64,000 nucleotides of DNA. Source: Planctomycetaceae bacterium (GTDB taxonomy: Bacteria; Planctomycetota; Planctomycetia; Pirellulales; Pirellulaceae). Every line of letters begins with the position of its first letter. Positions within the stretch are counted from its first letter, which is position 1. The position numbers were made by a program, and so were the translations under genes. The stretch covers positions 3,280 through 67,279 of the forward strand of contig SYJV01000175.1 of assembly GCA_005798335.1 (NCBI GenBank), in the 5' to 3' direction. Under the pieces are notes generated by a model. The model was not told the origin of the DNA and did not search any database. It saw only the letters and a list, made by a program, of their open reading frames with translations. Positions 29,713 through 40,370 of this stretch are shown here, piece after piece.

Positions 29713-32139
29713 TTACTGCGCCACTGGATTGACCAGCGCAGATACCAATTGTTCGAGCCATCCGCTGGACCAGGCGTGCTGGCGTTGCGGTCCGTTGTGA
29801 TAGATGTGAGGAATTGCTAATTCGCTGAGCAGTTTTTCGGTGGCGTTATGCTGATCGGCAAACGAGTCGTAGCCCGCGTGGATCAGTCGCGGAATTGGTG
29901 GCTGGTTGCTAAGCGACTGACGCAACACAGCCTGCCGGTCGCGGAGCAGTTGATGGATCTCGTACTTGCGAAAATTCTCGAGCGGACCATAAATCGGTCC
30001 AGAACCGAAGTGGCCCGGCTGGGACATGGCAAGCGGTGCGTCCCAAGCTGCCGCGCGACCAAACACTTCGGGATGGCGCATCAGCAACGACCATGCGCCA
30101 TAGCCTGATTTGCTAAAGCCCACCAGCAGCCGCGAGTCGCGATCATGCTTGGCTTCGAGATACAGCCATCGCATCAGCGGCAAGACAGTGCGAAGCACAT
30201 ACGATTCTTGGCGAATCCCCAACGCATCTGGATGGTCCGCGTACCATGGCAGTTGTGAAAAAGTTGGTGCGGCGCAGATCAACCCAAATCGATTATGCAG
30301 ATTCAAGCGTTTGACCTCCTCCAAGCCATCACCCCAGCGCAGATCATTTCCAGCGACGACAGGTAGCACGTACAGAATTGGCCGCTTAGAGACTTCCGCC
30401 AAATTATCCGGCAACAGAACACGTACTTCCGTCGGAGCGGATTGGAATGGCGACTCGAGTCGATGGACCACGAATCCCTGTTCATTCTTGATGCGAGTTG
30501 CCGTCGCGCTGGTCACTTTGGCAAATGCAGTCGGTGTGCTGCAGTGTTGGAATAAGAACTCGATGATAGGAGTCGAATCGTCTAAACCGTGTGGATGATG
30601 CTTCACGCCTACCTTGCGGATCAACTCGATTTGGCCGCCGAGTTTGGGGTAACGCTCGGCGATCAAGCCGGTATTCTCCTCCCAGGGCACGACCTCGTCA
30701 GCGTCGCCAAACACATGCAGCAGTGGCACTCCAGCTTCGGCCAGCGGACGAAGGTTGTCGACTGGATTTCCGCGATACGCGATTGCATCTGCGTCGTCCT
30801 TGAACTGCCACAGATCCAAAATCAGTTTCCAATTGGGCGCACTGCCTGGTCCCGTTCCTTTGCCGCCAGGCCAACTGCGGAAATCACAAACTGGTGCGTC
30901 GCCATAGATGCAGGCAACTTTGTCGGGATTGGATATGGCCCAGTTATAACAGTACAGCCCGCCGCGACTCAGTCCAACCAGACCGACCTTGCTCGCCAAA
31001 CCGTGGTCGTGCGTAAGCCGATGGTATACTGAGTTCCAATGTTCGACCGCTTGGGGCGCTCCGAGCATATTGGGTATCGACGCGTAGACGATATGCAAGC
31101 CGCGTTCAACGAGCGCGATATCGGGCGCCGGTTTGTGTCCAAAGAACTCACCATGCCAGACCCACGGATTTCCGGGAGCCGGTGATTTCGGTGCGATGAC
31201 CATAAGCGGCTTGCCGCTGACTTCGAAATCAAATCGGTCGAAACCATTCCACATCGAATGCTTGCCGGGAAAGCTGGGCCGCTTCAGTTCGACAACTGCT
31301 AAGATGGGACGGTGATCCGATGCCACCGGTTCGTCGAGTACACGAGTCTCGGTCGATGTCCAACGATTAGTGGGACGAGTTAACACAAAGTCGATTTGAC
31401 GCGTTGGACGCTGCACGGGAATCGTCGGCAATGCGTCCTGGTTCGTGATCGACCACGCTTGTTTCGCGTTCTTCAGGACCTCGGAATCCCACGTCGCGTT
31501 GAGATCGCCAGCTAGAATCGTTGGTTGCGTTTCTCGTTGCAGCGCCAGGCGATTGATCATTTCGATTGAGGCCAACCGTTCGCGTGGATCCGTACGATGG
31601 TCCAAATGTGTTGCCAAGACACGAATCACTCCCATATCGGTCTGGACGTCGAGATCCAACACGCCACGCTGTTCGCCACCATCAACCACTGGGAGCGCGT
31701 GATTCTGGTGGCTCAGCACGGGCAACCGACTGAGTACTGCGTTACCGTACTGGCCCCCTGCGTGATCAATGTTCTTTTCAAACACGACTTGCATCGCCAG
31801 CAGCCGCGCAAGTTCGGCTGGCTGGTCGACTCCAGCACTACGTTTGGTTCCGCGATCGACTTCCTGGAGCGCGACTAGGTCTGGTTTATTTCGACGGATG
31901 ATTTCGGCAATGCGCGGGAGGTCAAGTTTGCGATCAACGCCTTCGCAATGATGAATGTTGTAGCTGAGAATCCGCAGTTGGACTGCATTCTGGCAGTGCG
32001 CAAGCCTAGCCACAGCTACCAACAAGACCACGGACAATAATGATGCGAATGGCTGTTGAGGCATAGGTGGGGCGTCCCGGAGTTCACGTGGTGTTACAAG
32101 TCGAGAAATCGATACTTGTCCAACAGACATTATAGGCAC
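29713..32139 (-). CDS. secreted three-module hydrolase: endonuclease/exonuclease/phosphatase domain + alpha/beta hydrolase + esterase-family domain
   Basis: EEP motifs (LRILSYNIHHCEG, LVALQEVD, SDHRPILAVV). The second module has GLSRGG (GxSxG) and the third has GFSKSGYGA (GxSxG). A signal-like segment (PFASLLSVVLLVAVARLAHCQ) suggests the start may be ATG 32064. Confidence 0.75.
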   Translation of the reverse strand: MPIMSVGQVSISRLVTPRELRDAPPMPQQPFASLLSVVLLVAVARLAHCQNAVQLRILSYNIHHCEGVDRKLDLPRIAEIIRRNKPDLVALQEVDRGTKRSAGVDQPAELARLLAMQVVFEKNIDHAGGQYGNAVLSRLPVLSHQNHALPVVDGGEQRGVLDLDVQTDMGVIRVLATHLDHRTDPRERLASIEMINRLALQRETQPTILAGDLNATWDSEVLKNAKQAWSITNQDALPTIPVQRPTRQIDFVLTRPTNRWTSTETRVLDEPVASDHRPILAVVELKRPSFPGKHSMWNGFDRFDFEVSGKPLMVIAPKSPAPGNPWVWHGEFFGHKPAPDIALVERGLHIVYASIPNMLGAPQAVEHWNSVYHRLTHDHGLASKVGLVGLSRGGLYCYNWAISNPDKVACIYGDAPVCDFRSWPGGKGTGPGSAPNWKLILDLWQFKDDADAIAYRGNPVDNLRPLAEAGVPLLHVFGDADEVVPWEENTGLIAERYPKLGGQIELIRKVGVKHHPHGLDDSTPIIEFLFQHCSTPTAFAKVTSATATRIKNEQGFVVHRLESPFQSAPTEVRVLLPDNLAEVSKRPILYVLPVVAGNDLRWGDGLEEVKRLNLHNRFGLICAAPTFSQLPWYADHPDALGIRQESYVLRTVLPLMRWLYLEAKHDRDSRLLVGFSKSGYGAWSLLMRHPEVFGRAAAWDAPLAMSQPGHFGSGPIYGPLENFRKYEIHQLLRDRQAVLRQSLSNQPPIPRLIHAGYDSFADQHNATEKLLSELAIPHIYHNGPQRQHAWSSGWLEQLVSALVNPVAQ

Positions 32140-32373
32140 AATCGACTATCGATAAGGTTTTGCCAAGAGATTTGAACATGTCACCTTGGGTACTTAACGA
32201 TCGTTTTTCGGTGGCCCCCAATACCGAGCCCAGTTAACATTGGTGTGGGTTGTGGCGTAGAATGTCTACCCATAGAATTCTGGCGCCCAGCGCGACAGTT
32301 TATGCCATCAATTACAACCAATCCCAACATCTCCAACTCCCAGTAACTCTCCTACCACAAGGAATTTCCAACC

Positions 32374-33858
32374 ATGAGAATCTGCGTGTCTTTTCCAACC
32401 CTTGTCCGCGTCGCGCTGCTTTTCGGCGTCGCGGCATGTCTCGCGATCGGCGATTTTGCGCTAGCTCAACAGAACACGGGCTCTGGTGGAACCACCGTGT
32501 TTTCATTTTCTGAACCGTTGTTTAACGGCAAGGATTTGTCAGGCTGGTACGGATGGGGAACTCAGGACCCTAACGACCTGTGGTCAAAGTCGCCTGAAGA
32601 ACAAGCGACCTACAAAAAGCAGTCGATTGAGGGTGGCTTGGTCAGCAAGGATGGAAAGCCGATCAACGATCATTTAAATGCTCACTGGAAGGTTGAAAAT
32701 GGCGAGCTGGTAAACGATGGTCACGGTTTGTACTTGACATCCGACAAAGACTACGGTGACTTCGAATTGCAACTTGAGTACAAAGCCTTGCCTCTGGGCG
32801 ACAGTGGCGTTTATTTGCGTGGAATTCCTCAAGTTCAAATTTGGGACCCAGGCCAGGATGATCCGCAGGGGATCGGGCGAGCTAAGGGCTCGGGCGGATT
32901 GTGGAACAACAGCAAAGGAGCTCCTGGTAAAGACCCGTCGAAGAAGATGGACAGACCGTTCGGTGAGTGGAACAGCATGAAAATCACCATGATCGGTGAG
33001 CGAGTTACCGTTGTGTTCAATGGCGAAACCGTAGTCGAAAACGCCGTGCTTGAGAACTTTTTCGCAAATCGAAGGGCAGGTTATGTGGCTTATGGAAAGA
33101 AACAAGATAAACAGGACAAGAAGGATTCTGAGAAACTTCCCAACGGATTCATGAAGGATCCAGCGTTTGCCAAAGGTCCGATTCAGTTGCAGACGCACGG
33201 CAGCGAGATTCGTTGGCGCAATGTAATGATCCGCGAGATAACGGCCGAAGAAGCCAACAAAGTGCTGGCAGCTCGCAACACGGATGGTTTCGTTGAACTG
33301 AACAACGGCAAGGATCTGAGCAATTGGCTAGGTGCAGTCGCGAACTACGAAGTTAAAGACGGAGCGATCGTTTGCAAGCAGGGCAAAGGTGGCGACCTGC
33401 TGACCAAAGATGCCTACGAGAACTTTATTCTACGCGTTGAATTCAAATTGCCACCAGCGGGCAACAATGGAATCGCCCTGCGCACACCGTTGGGCGGACA
33501 CTCGGCTTCGGACGGACTGGAATTGCAAGTTATCGATAGCGACGGATACAACGCCAAACATCCTACGGGCGGCTTGTTGCCATACCAATATCACGGCTCG
33601 ATGTACCATTGCGTCGGCGCGAAACACGGCTACTTGCGACCAGTCGGCCAGTGGAATTTTCAGGAGATCGAAGTGCGCGGCCAGACGATCAAGGTCACTC
33701 TCAACGGAACCAAGATTCTCGACGTAGATATCGACAAATTCGATCGAACTCAAATTGAACATCCACCCAAAGGGCTCGATAACCGAGTAGGTCATATCGG
33801 ATTCGCGGGACATAGCGACCCAGTTGCGTTTCGAAGTTTCAAGGTGAAGAAGCTCTAG
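32374..33858 (+). CDS. secreted protein with two DUF1080 (3-keto-disaccharide hydrolase-like) domains
   Basis: A signal peptide is followed by two copies of the pattern LFNGKDLSGW...W.VENGELV...DFELQLEYK...NSGV.LR...EIQ..D. The second copy reads LNNGKDLSNWLG...YEVKDGAIVC...ENFILRVEFK...GNNGIALR. Confidence 0.8.
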   Translation: MRICVSFPTLVRVALLFGVAACLAIGDFALAQQNTGSGGTTVFSFSEPLFNGKDLSGWYGWGTQDPNDLWSKSPEEQATYKKQSIEGGLVSKDGKPINDHLNAHWKVENGELVNDGHGLYLTSDKDYGDFELQLEYKALPLGDSGVYLRGIPQVQIWDPGQDDPQGIGRAKGSGGLWNNSKGAPGKDPSKKMDRPFGEWNSMKITMIGERVTVVFNGETVVENAVLENFFANRRAGYVAYGKKQDKQDKKDSEKLPNGFMKDPAFAKGPIQLQTHGSEIRWRNVMIREITAEEANKVLAARNTDGFVELNNGKDLSNWLGAVANYEVKDGAIVCKQGKGGDLLTKDAYENFILRVEFKLPPAGNNGIALRTPLGGHSASDGLELQVIDSDGYNAKHPTGGLLPYQYHGSMYHCVGAKHGYLRPVGQWNFQEIEVRGQTIKVTLNGTKILDVDIDKFDRTQIEHPPKGLDNRVGHIGFAGHSDPVAFRSFKVKKL

Positions 33859-34053
33859 AGTTTTGTTACCAAACTAAAGAGTTTCGTCACATTGCTTTTC
33901 TCACAGGCTTGTACATCGGCGGATCCAGGTTCTAAAAGCGCGGGTGCGAATTCAATTTTTCGCAACCGCGTTTTTGTTTTTTTGCGTGGATATCGTATAA
34001 ACTACCGCTTACGATCCACTTGGTTTTTAAAAGTCTTCCAAGGAGAGCAATCC

Positions 34054-34947
34054 GTGACCCGCGAACAAGCTTCGGACTTTGATCAACGATTATTGGACTT
34101 GTATGACGATTATGCGCACGGGCGCGTTGATCGCCGCGATTTTCTGCAGCGAGCGTCGACATTTGCCGTAGGTGGCATGACCGCTGAAGCGTTGCTTTCT
34201 CGATTGAGTCCCAATTATGCTTGGGCTCAACAAGTACCCAAGAACGACTCTCGCATCAAATCGGAGATGATCTCTTATTCGTCACCGAAGGGCGCCGGGA
34301 CGATGAGAGGATTATTGGCACATCCGGCAGCATCCCAAGAAAAATCGCCGGCGATCTTGGTCGTTCATGAGAACCGCGGATTGAATCCATATATCGAAGA
34401 TGTCGCGCGGCGATTGGCAGTGGCGAATTTTGTCGCTCTCGCGCCCGATGCACTCGCGCCGCTGGGTGGTTACCCTGGAAACGATGATGAAGGCCGAGCG
34501 ATGCAAGCCAAACGCGACCCAGAACAAATGGTGCAGGATTTTATTGCCGGCGCAGAACTGCTCAAGTCACATGCGCTTTCTAGTGGCAAGGTGGGCGTCG
34601 TCGGTTTCTGTTATGGCGGTGGAATATCCAATGAATTAGCTGTGCGTTTGCCCAACGTAATTCGTGCCGCTGTCCCCTTCTACGGTCGGCAACCCAAAAC
34701 GGAAGATGTACCTAAAATCAAGGCGGAGCTGCTGCTACATTATGCCGAGTTGGACCAGCGAATTAACGATGGTTGGCCCGCTTACGAAACTGCGCTCAAA
34801 GCCAACTCGATCAAGTACACTGTACATAAATATCCTGCCGCCAATCACGGCTTCCACAACGATACCACGCCACGGTACGACCAAAAATCCGCAGAGTTGG
34901 CTTGGCAGCGCACACTGGATTTCTTTAATTCGACGCTCCGAGGCTGA
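34054..34947 (+). CDS. dienelactone hydrolase family protein with Tat-like signal
   Basis: The start is set to GTG 34054 after ggagag. It has the twin-arginine motif [10 protein letters not shown] and DLH motifs ([42 protein letters not shown]). The ORF opens at TTG 33892. Confidence 0.82.
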   Translation: MTREQASDFDQRLLDLYDDYAHGRVDRRDFLQRASTFAVGGMTAEALLSRLSPNYAWAQQVPKNDSRIKSEMISYSSPKGAGTMRGLLAHPAASQEKSPAILVVHENRGLNPYIEDVARRLAVANFVALAPDALAPLGGYPGNDDEGRAMQAKRDPEQMVQDFIAGAELLKSHALSSGKVGVVGFCYGGGISNELAVRLPNVIRAAVPFYGRQPKTEDVPKIKAELLLHYAELDQRINDGWPAYETALKANSIKYTVHKYPAANHGFHNDTTPRYDQKSAELAWQRTLDFFNSTLRG

Positions 34948-35001
34948 TGCTCTATTACAGCCCTGTTTCTTGGCAAGCATATTTTCGGCGAGTCAAATAT
35001 T

Positions 35002-36255
35002 ATGCGTCCAAATTTGCTCAAGTTAGTTTTGCTGTTTAGTCTAACCGGATTTTACCAGCCGAGTTTGCTCGCAGCAGATCGTCTAACGATCGAAGTTCGG
35101 GAGACTGCCGGCATCCGACGATTTGGCTATCCAGTCGAAGTGGAGCTAGCTCTGCCGATGGCCATCAATTCTGATACGCCGTTTCGTTTACTTGGTCCCA
35201 GCGGTCCGATCACCGCTCAATTTCGCCCTGCGTTTGGCGAACCTACTGGTCGCCGATGGTGGCTGGATTTTTCGCTCAATCTCTTGCCGCACGAATCGCG
35301 AGCATTCTCGATCGAGTACGGTGCCGATGTCGTACTCATGAATTCGCGCGGCGGACTCGGGTTGCGCGAGCTTGAGCAAGAATTTCAAATTACCAGCGGC
35401 AATGTGTTGGACTGGCGCATCCCCAAGAATCTCAATGGGCTGGTTAATTCACTGACTCATACCAACGTCCAGCAACTGGACTCAAGTGGCCTTGGTTTGT
35501 TTTTGATGCTCGCCGACGGTTCGCGAAAATCGGTTGCCGAGCTGACGACATCTGTGCAGCGTACACCTTGGACTGTAAAGCGTAGCGGTCCACTTGCGAT
35601 ACGCCTGGATCGTCATGACGAGTTGCGAGTGGATGGCTTGCGATCGATCACGTCCGACTTGCGGCTCCAGTTCGTCAATACCAAGAGCTGGGTGCTAGTC
35701 GACTGGCGGCTGACCAATGTTGCTTCGAATGTGCGCGGGTTGGGTTGCGAGTTAAAAATGAAGTTGGGGCAACAGCAACCTGCATCTTCGATTTCGAATC
35801 GAACGATCGTGGATTTTGGCGGAACAAGCTGGACGTACGCTCAAGTTGCGATTGGCCAAGAAGCAGCGTTGTTGGGATTTCCAAGTCGCGGCGAGCCCAA
35901 TTCGCCGCAACGCAATTGGGAAGTACGTCATGGGAAAATCGGCAGCGCGGAGCCGTATGTCGTTGGCCCCGGCCATCAATCTCCTCAGTTGCCCGAAGGT
36001 TGGGCGCATGTCATGGACTCACAAATGTGTTTGGCGCTAGCCGTCGATAAGTTCGCCCAGGAACATCTTGATGCTCTAACCGTACGGGGCGACGGAACCA
36101 CGCTCATTTCTCGATCGTTCGCCACGGAGCCGTCTCCCGCTGCCATTGATTTGCGATTTTGGTTGCACTTTGTCACGAATCCTCCCCACATCAGCGCCGC
36201 AACCAGCCCACAAGCCATGTTGGCTCCACTGGTCGTATCGATCAAATCTCCATGA
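35002..36255 (+). CDS. hypothetical secreted protein
   Basis: 417 aa with a signal peptide (MRPNLLKLVLLFSLTGFYQPSLLAA). I recognise no motif. Confidence 0.5.
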   Translation: MRPNLLKLVLLFSLTGFYQPSLLAADRLTIEVRETAGIRRFGYPVEVELALPMAINSDTPFRLLGPSGPITAQFRPAFGEPTGRRWWLDFSLNLLPHESRAFSIEYGADVVLMNSRGGLGLRELEQEFQITSGNVLDWRIPKNLNGLVNSLTHTNVQQLDSSGLGLFLMLADGSRKSVAELTTSVQRTPWTVKRSGPLAIRLDRHDELRVDGLRSITSDLRLQFVNTKSWVLVDWRLTNVASNVRGLGCELKMKLGQQQPASSISNRTIVDFGGTSWTYAQVAIGQEAALLGFPSRGEPNSPQRNWEVRHGKIGSAEPYVVGPGHQSPQLPEGWAHVMDSQMCLALAVDKFAQEHLDALTVRGDGTTLISRSFATEPSPAAIDLRFWLHFVTNPPHISAATSPQAMLAPLVVSIKSP

Positions 36256-36411
36256 TCGAGCAATTTCTGCTAGACGGCGCGAGTTGCAAAGTAGCGGAAT
36301 GCGTCAAGAGCTCGACGATGCACATTCGACGTCGCGATGTTGATCCGCGCAGTACGGAGCAGTTGGAATCCGATCCACTTCAGTGTTACAGCGCAGCAAT
36401 GCATTTGAGTT

Positions 36412-37164
36412 TTACTTGATTTGGCTCAACATCACTCGGCGACAATCCATTTCGAATTCAATATCTACCACGGGCGGTCGGCAATCATGCCAAGTGAGTC
36501 CGCGCCGAGCTGCGCCACGACGTTGAATCTCGCTAGTTAAGCTTGCGAACAACGGATGTACCGTATACACGTTGGTGCAGGTAACGTCGTTCCATTCGAA
36601 GCCCAATCCCGCTAACCGACGAGCTTGTTCGTTTAGAACGAAGTCGGCTTTCTCAGCTAGCGCAGATTCGGACACATCGCCGCACCGGACAATGTAGTCG
36701 TGGTAATTCGTTTTACCTTCTGGTGCTTCGCCACAACCCGAGATCACGAAACTCGGCGACAAATGCATCCGTTGTTCCACGGTATAGGAAAACGCGTAGA
36801 AACATGGCTCAGTCGGCGGCGATTGCCGTGGACACAAGTTCGAACGAGCAACTGGATTCTCCATGCCCAACATAATTCCCCACGCCTTAAGCGTTTCAAC
36901 ATACTGAAGATTGAAATTGCGGAATCCATCTTCGGAAAACGGTGCTGGAGAACGTAGTTCGCAATGGCAAAACGCTTGCAGTGGCCGACCAATCGCCGTG
37001 AGATGCTGAGCTATCAAATCAAAACCTTGTTGGATATTCGGTCGACCTTCCAACTCGACTCGATGGATCGCGAACCCAGGCTCCGCAGCCACACCGCGCG
37101 AATATTGGAAAACACCAGGTAAGTAACGATAGCCACGATCAACGAGATTGATTGATGTACTCAT
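36412..37164 (-). CDS. conserved hypothetical protein
   Basis: A 250-aa ORF with no signal peptide. It has coding-like composition, and no better competing ORF overlaps it. Confidence 0.5.
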   Translation of the reverse strand: MSTSINLVDRGYRYLPGVFQYSRGVAAEPGFAIHRVELEGRPNIQQGFDLIAQHLTAIGRPLQAFCHCELRSPAPFSEDGFRNFNLQYVETLKAWGIMLGMENPVARSNLCPRQSPPTEPCFYAFSYTVEQRMHLSPSFVISGCGEAPEGKTNYHDYIVRCGDVSESALAEKADFVLNEQARRLAGLGFEWNDVTCTNVYTVHPLFASLTSEIQRRGAARRGLTWHDCRPPVVDIEFEMDCRRVMLSQIK

Positions 37165-37451
37165 TGGTCAATCTACTCCGATTCCCGTACACTTTTCCTT
37201 TACCAAACGGATCTGAGCCCGTTCTTTCGGTTCAACTCAAAAACTCCAAAGGCCAATGTTATCCGCTTTTCGCGCCGAGACCAGATCTCGGTTTTCGAAA
37301 TCAAGTTGTTAGGAGGCTAGGGCGCGTTAGCACGCATCGACCACTACATGCAAGGTTCTGCTCGCACTCAGGTTTTTTGCTATACTGGCGTTCGATTTCG
37401 CTTGGATAATAAAGGACCATTGCCGTAACCGTCGTTGGAGACCAATTCTGC

Positions 37452-38858
37452 ATGGACGACTCGAAACCCGACGGTAAACTACCTGAGCCTGTGCAAGAAG
37501 GCTCGATTCAAGATACTGTGGAAACTAGCGGCAATCCGAATGCCGATGATTCCTTTGGGTTTCGCAGATCTTCTGAGAAGGTGAAAACTTTTCCGCAGTC
37601 GCCAGGAGTCTACTTGATGAAGGACTACTCTGGCATCGTGATCTATGTGGGCAAGGCCAAGAACCTGCGCAGCCGCGCCAGCAGTTATTTCCTCAAGGGT
37701 GCCCAACAAGAGTATCGCACCGGCAACTGGGTGCACGAAATCTGCGACATTGACTACTTGGAATGTGAAAGCGAAGTTGATGCGCTGCTCGCCGAAAGCC
37801 GTCTGATCAAGGATATCCAGCCGCGGCACAATCGTGAACAGAAGGATGACAAGTCCTTTCCTTACTTGATGATTTCCACTCGTGAAGATTTCCCAAGAGT
37901 CGAAATTACTCGCGAGCCGCGTGATAAGGGAGTCAAACTGTTTGGGCCATTTACCAGTGCCGGGGCATTGCGTGGCGCGATTCAGGTCCTACAACGAGTC
38001 TTTAGGTTTCGCACGTGCTCGTTGGATATCGAAGAAAACGATCCCAGGTGGAAGTGGTTTCGCCCGTGCTTACTAGCCTCGATCGGACAATGTACGGCTC
38101 CCTGCAATTTGCGCGTCTCCAAAGAAGAATACCGCAAAGACATTCGCCGCTTGCAGACTTTTCTCGAAGGCGGCAAGACGCGTCTGCTGGCTGAGCTAAA
38201 CTGCGAAATGCAATCCGCGTCCAAAGCGATGGAATTCGAACGAGCCGCGAAATTGCGCGACGAAATTCGTATGCTCCAGCGGCTGGACGATCGAGGCGAA
38301 TTGGAAACTCACGTGCAGCCCGAGGTGTTTTTTATCGACCCCAAGAAGGGACTTGCGGGGCTAAAAAAAGTGCTGCAATTGCCAGCTCGTCCGAGAACAA
38401 TCGAAGGTGTTGATATTGCACATTTAGGCGGCAATGAGACCGTGGCCAGCTTGGTACAGTTTATCGATGGACTGCCATTCAAGCCGGGTTATCGCCGCTA
38501 CAAAATTCGGGACGTTTCTGGAATTGACGATTTTCGAAGTATTCACGAAGTGGTGTCGCGCCGATTTCGTCGCTTGAGCCAAAACCAAGAGGCACTACCG
38601 GACATACTATTGATCGATGGTGGCAAAGGCCAACTCAACGCCGCGCTCGCCGCCTTTCGAGACCAGCAAGTTACGCCGCCAGCACTGCTGTCTTTGGCCA
38701 AACGCGACGAAGAGATTTTCTTGCCTGGCGAAGCCGAATCGATCAAACTAAGCCGGCATGCGTTCGCGCTCCGTTTGCTCCAATATGTGCGCGATGAAGC
38801 GCATCGTTTCGCGCAACACTACCATCATATTTTGCGGCGCAAATCGCAAATGGAATAA
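37452..38858 (+). CDS. uvrC: excinuclease ABC subunit C (short form)
   Basis: GIY-YIG motif (GVYLMKDYSGIVIYVGKAKNLRSRASSYF), UVR domain (MEFERAAKLRDEIRMLQRL) and the endonuclease region ending in YVRDEAHRFAQHYH. The protein stops ~12 aa later, so no C-terminal helix-hairpin-helix pair is present. Confidence 0.85.
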   Translation: MDDSKPDGKLPEPVQEGSIQDTVETSGNPNADDSFGFRRSSEKVKTFPQSPGVYLMKDYSGIVIYVGKAKNLRSRASSYFLKGAQQEYRTGNWVHEICDIDYLECESEVDALLAESRLIKDIQPRHNREQKDDKSFPYLMISTREDFPRVEITREPRDKGVKLFGPFTSAGALRGAIQVLQRVFRFRTCSLDIEENDPRWKWFRPCLLASIGQCTAPCNLRVSKEEYRKDIRRLQTFLEGGKTRLLAELNCEMQSASKAMEFERAAKLRDEIRMLQRLDDRGELETHVQPEVFFIDPKKGLAGLKKVLQLPARPRTIEGVDIAHLGGNETVASLVQFIDGLPFKPGYRRYKIRDVSGIDDFRSIHEVVSRRFRRLSQNQEALPDILLIDGGKGQLNAALAAFRDQQVTPPALLSLAKRDEEIFLPGEAESIKLSRHAFALRLLQYVRDEAHRFAQHYHHILRRKSQME

Positions 38859-38864
38859 CTCTCT

Positions 38865-40370
38865 GTGCATTGGAACGAACTGCTCAAGGCGATCGGCAAT
38901 ACGCTTGTGATCGGGGCTGGCACTGCTTTATTTGCGGTCCCACTTGGAACGTTACTGGCAGTGCTCTTGTTGCGAACCAACGTCGCCGGCGCACGCTTGG
39001 GCTGGTTGATGCTATCGAGCCAACTGGTCGTGCCACTGTATGTATTCGCAGGTGGTTGGAGTGCTGGATTCGGGACGCTTGGTTGGTGGCCACTGGCACC
39101 GGCAAATCTTCAGTTTGCGGAATTGCGATCGATCTTGGCAGTGGTATTCATTCACGCAGTTGCCGCAGTTCCTTGGGTGTGCTTAATCGTGTCGCTGGGA
39201 TTGGCATGGTCGGCGCGCAGCCTCGAAGAACTGGCCATGCTGGAAAATGGCTGGCGCGGAGTGCTCCGTCAAGTGACGCTTCCGTCACTCGTTCCCTGGA
39301 TCGCGCTGGCCAGTGTTTGGAGCGTTGCACCAGTCCTTACAGAAATGGTCGTAACGAATCTCTATCAAGTTCGTACCATCCCCGAACAAGTGTACTTGGA
39401 CATCAGTTTGCACGGCACCAGCCATTGGACTTTGGTCGCGGGAATTTGCGGCTGCGCCTGTCCGCTGGCACTTGTGTTATTGGTTGTCGTGCGACAGTTA
39501 CCTCAGCGGCAACCGGCTGCGCGGAACTCGCCTCACAGTTTTCATCGACAGCCGTCTTACAGTTTGGCAGCAGCCAGAATCGGCTCGTCGATTGGTGTTT
39601 GGTGCGTTATTTCAGCACTGGTTGGAATGCCCATTGCGAATTTGATCTACAAAGCAGGCTGGGAAGTCGTCCCCCAAATTCAATACGGCGCAACTCACCG
39701 CTGGAGCATCTATCGATTTTGGTTGACGATCGTTGAGACATCGACTGGATTCGCCGCCGAAGTTTACTGGAGCACGCTGCTGGCTGCCGGATCAGCTACA
39801 CTCGCGATGATGTTAGCTGGACTTATGGCTTATCTCCGTAAGCGATTGGGAGTTCCGTGGTTATTCTACGCTGTTTGCATTCTTATGGTGTCAGTACCAG
39901 GACCAGTCGCGGGACAATGGGTGACCTGGCTTTTTAACACGGTGGGCTGGGACGTGATGCTGTCGCTGTACGACCGAACGCTGCTGGCGCCAATACTAGC
40001 CCAACAATTCCGCCTTTTGCCCCTAGGATATTTACTGGTAAATACAATTCTCTCTGGCATCGATCGTCAAACATGGGAACTCGCTGAACTCGACTCGCTG
40101 AGTAGGGTCAACATTGTGTGGCGCATCGTTCTTCCACAAACGGGCTGGGCCTGGATAGTCGCTTGGATCGTCCTAGCCGCGCTCAGTGCCGGCGAGCTGA
40201 GCACGATTCTGCTGGTACTTCCGCCCGGTGTAACCACTCTATCGCAGCGACTATTTGAATTCCTCCATTTCGGCATGCGGTATCAAGATTCGGGATTGTG
40301 CTTGGGGCTGATAATCGTTGGCTGGTTCGTTGCCTTGGCAGCTTGGAACACTCGAAAAGGTTTCCAGTAG
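38865..40370 (+). CDS. ABC transporter permease with duplicated transmembrane domain (FbpB/ThiP-like)
   Basis: 501 aa, highly hydrophobic, with two MetI-like halves. It starts at GTG 38865, 6 nt after uvrC. No cognate ATPase or binding-protein gene lies in the window. Confidence 0.65.
   Translation: MHWNELLKAIGNTLVIGAGTALFAVPLGTLLAVLLLRTNVAGARLGWLMLSSQLVVPLYVFAGGWSAGFGTLGWWPLAPANLQFAELRSILAVVFIHAVAAVPWVCLIVSLGLAWSARSLEELAMLENGWRGVLRQVTLPSLVPWIALASVWSVAPVLTEMVVTNLYQVRTIPEQVYLDISLHGTSHWTLVAGICGCACPLALVLLVVVRQLPQRQPAARNSPHSFHRQPSYSLAAARIGSSIGVWCVISALVGMPIANLIYKAGWEVVPQIQYGATHRWSIYRFWLTIVETSTGFAAEVYWSTLLAAGSATLAMMLAGLMAYLRKRLGVPWLFYAVCILMVSVPGPVAGQWVTWLFNTVGWDVMLSLYDRTLLAPILAQQFRLLPLGYLLVNTILSGIDRQTWELAELDSLSRVNIVWRIVLPQTGWAWIVAWIVLAALSAGELSTILLVLPPGVTTLSQRLFEFLHFGMRYQDSGLCLGLIIVGWFVALAAWNTRKGFQ

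Noticed and set aside
38870-39736. 288-aa plus-strand ORF in an alternative frame of the permease gene
   Set aside because: The product is Arg/Gly-rich and non-membrane-like. The overlapping frame starting at 38865 gives a coherent polytopic permease.
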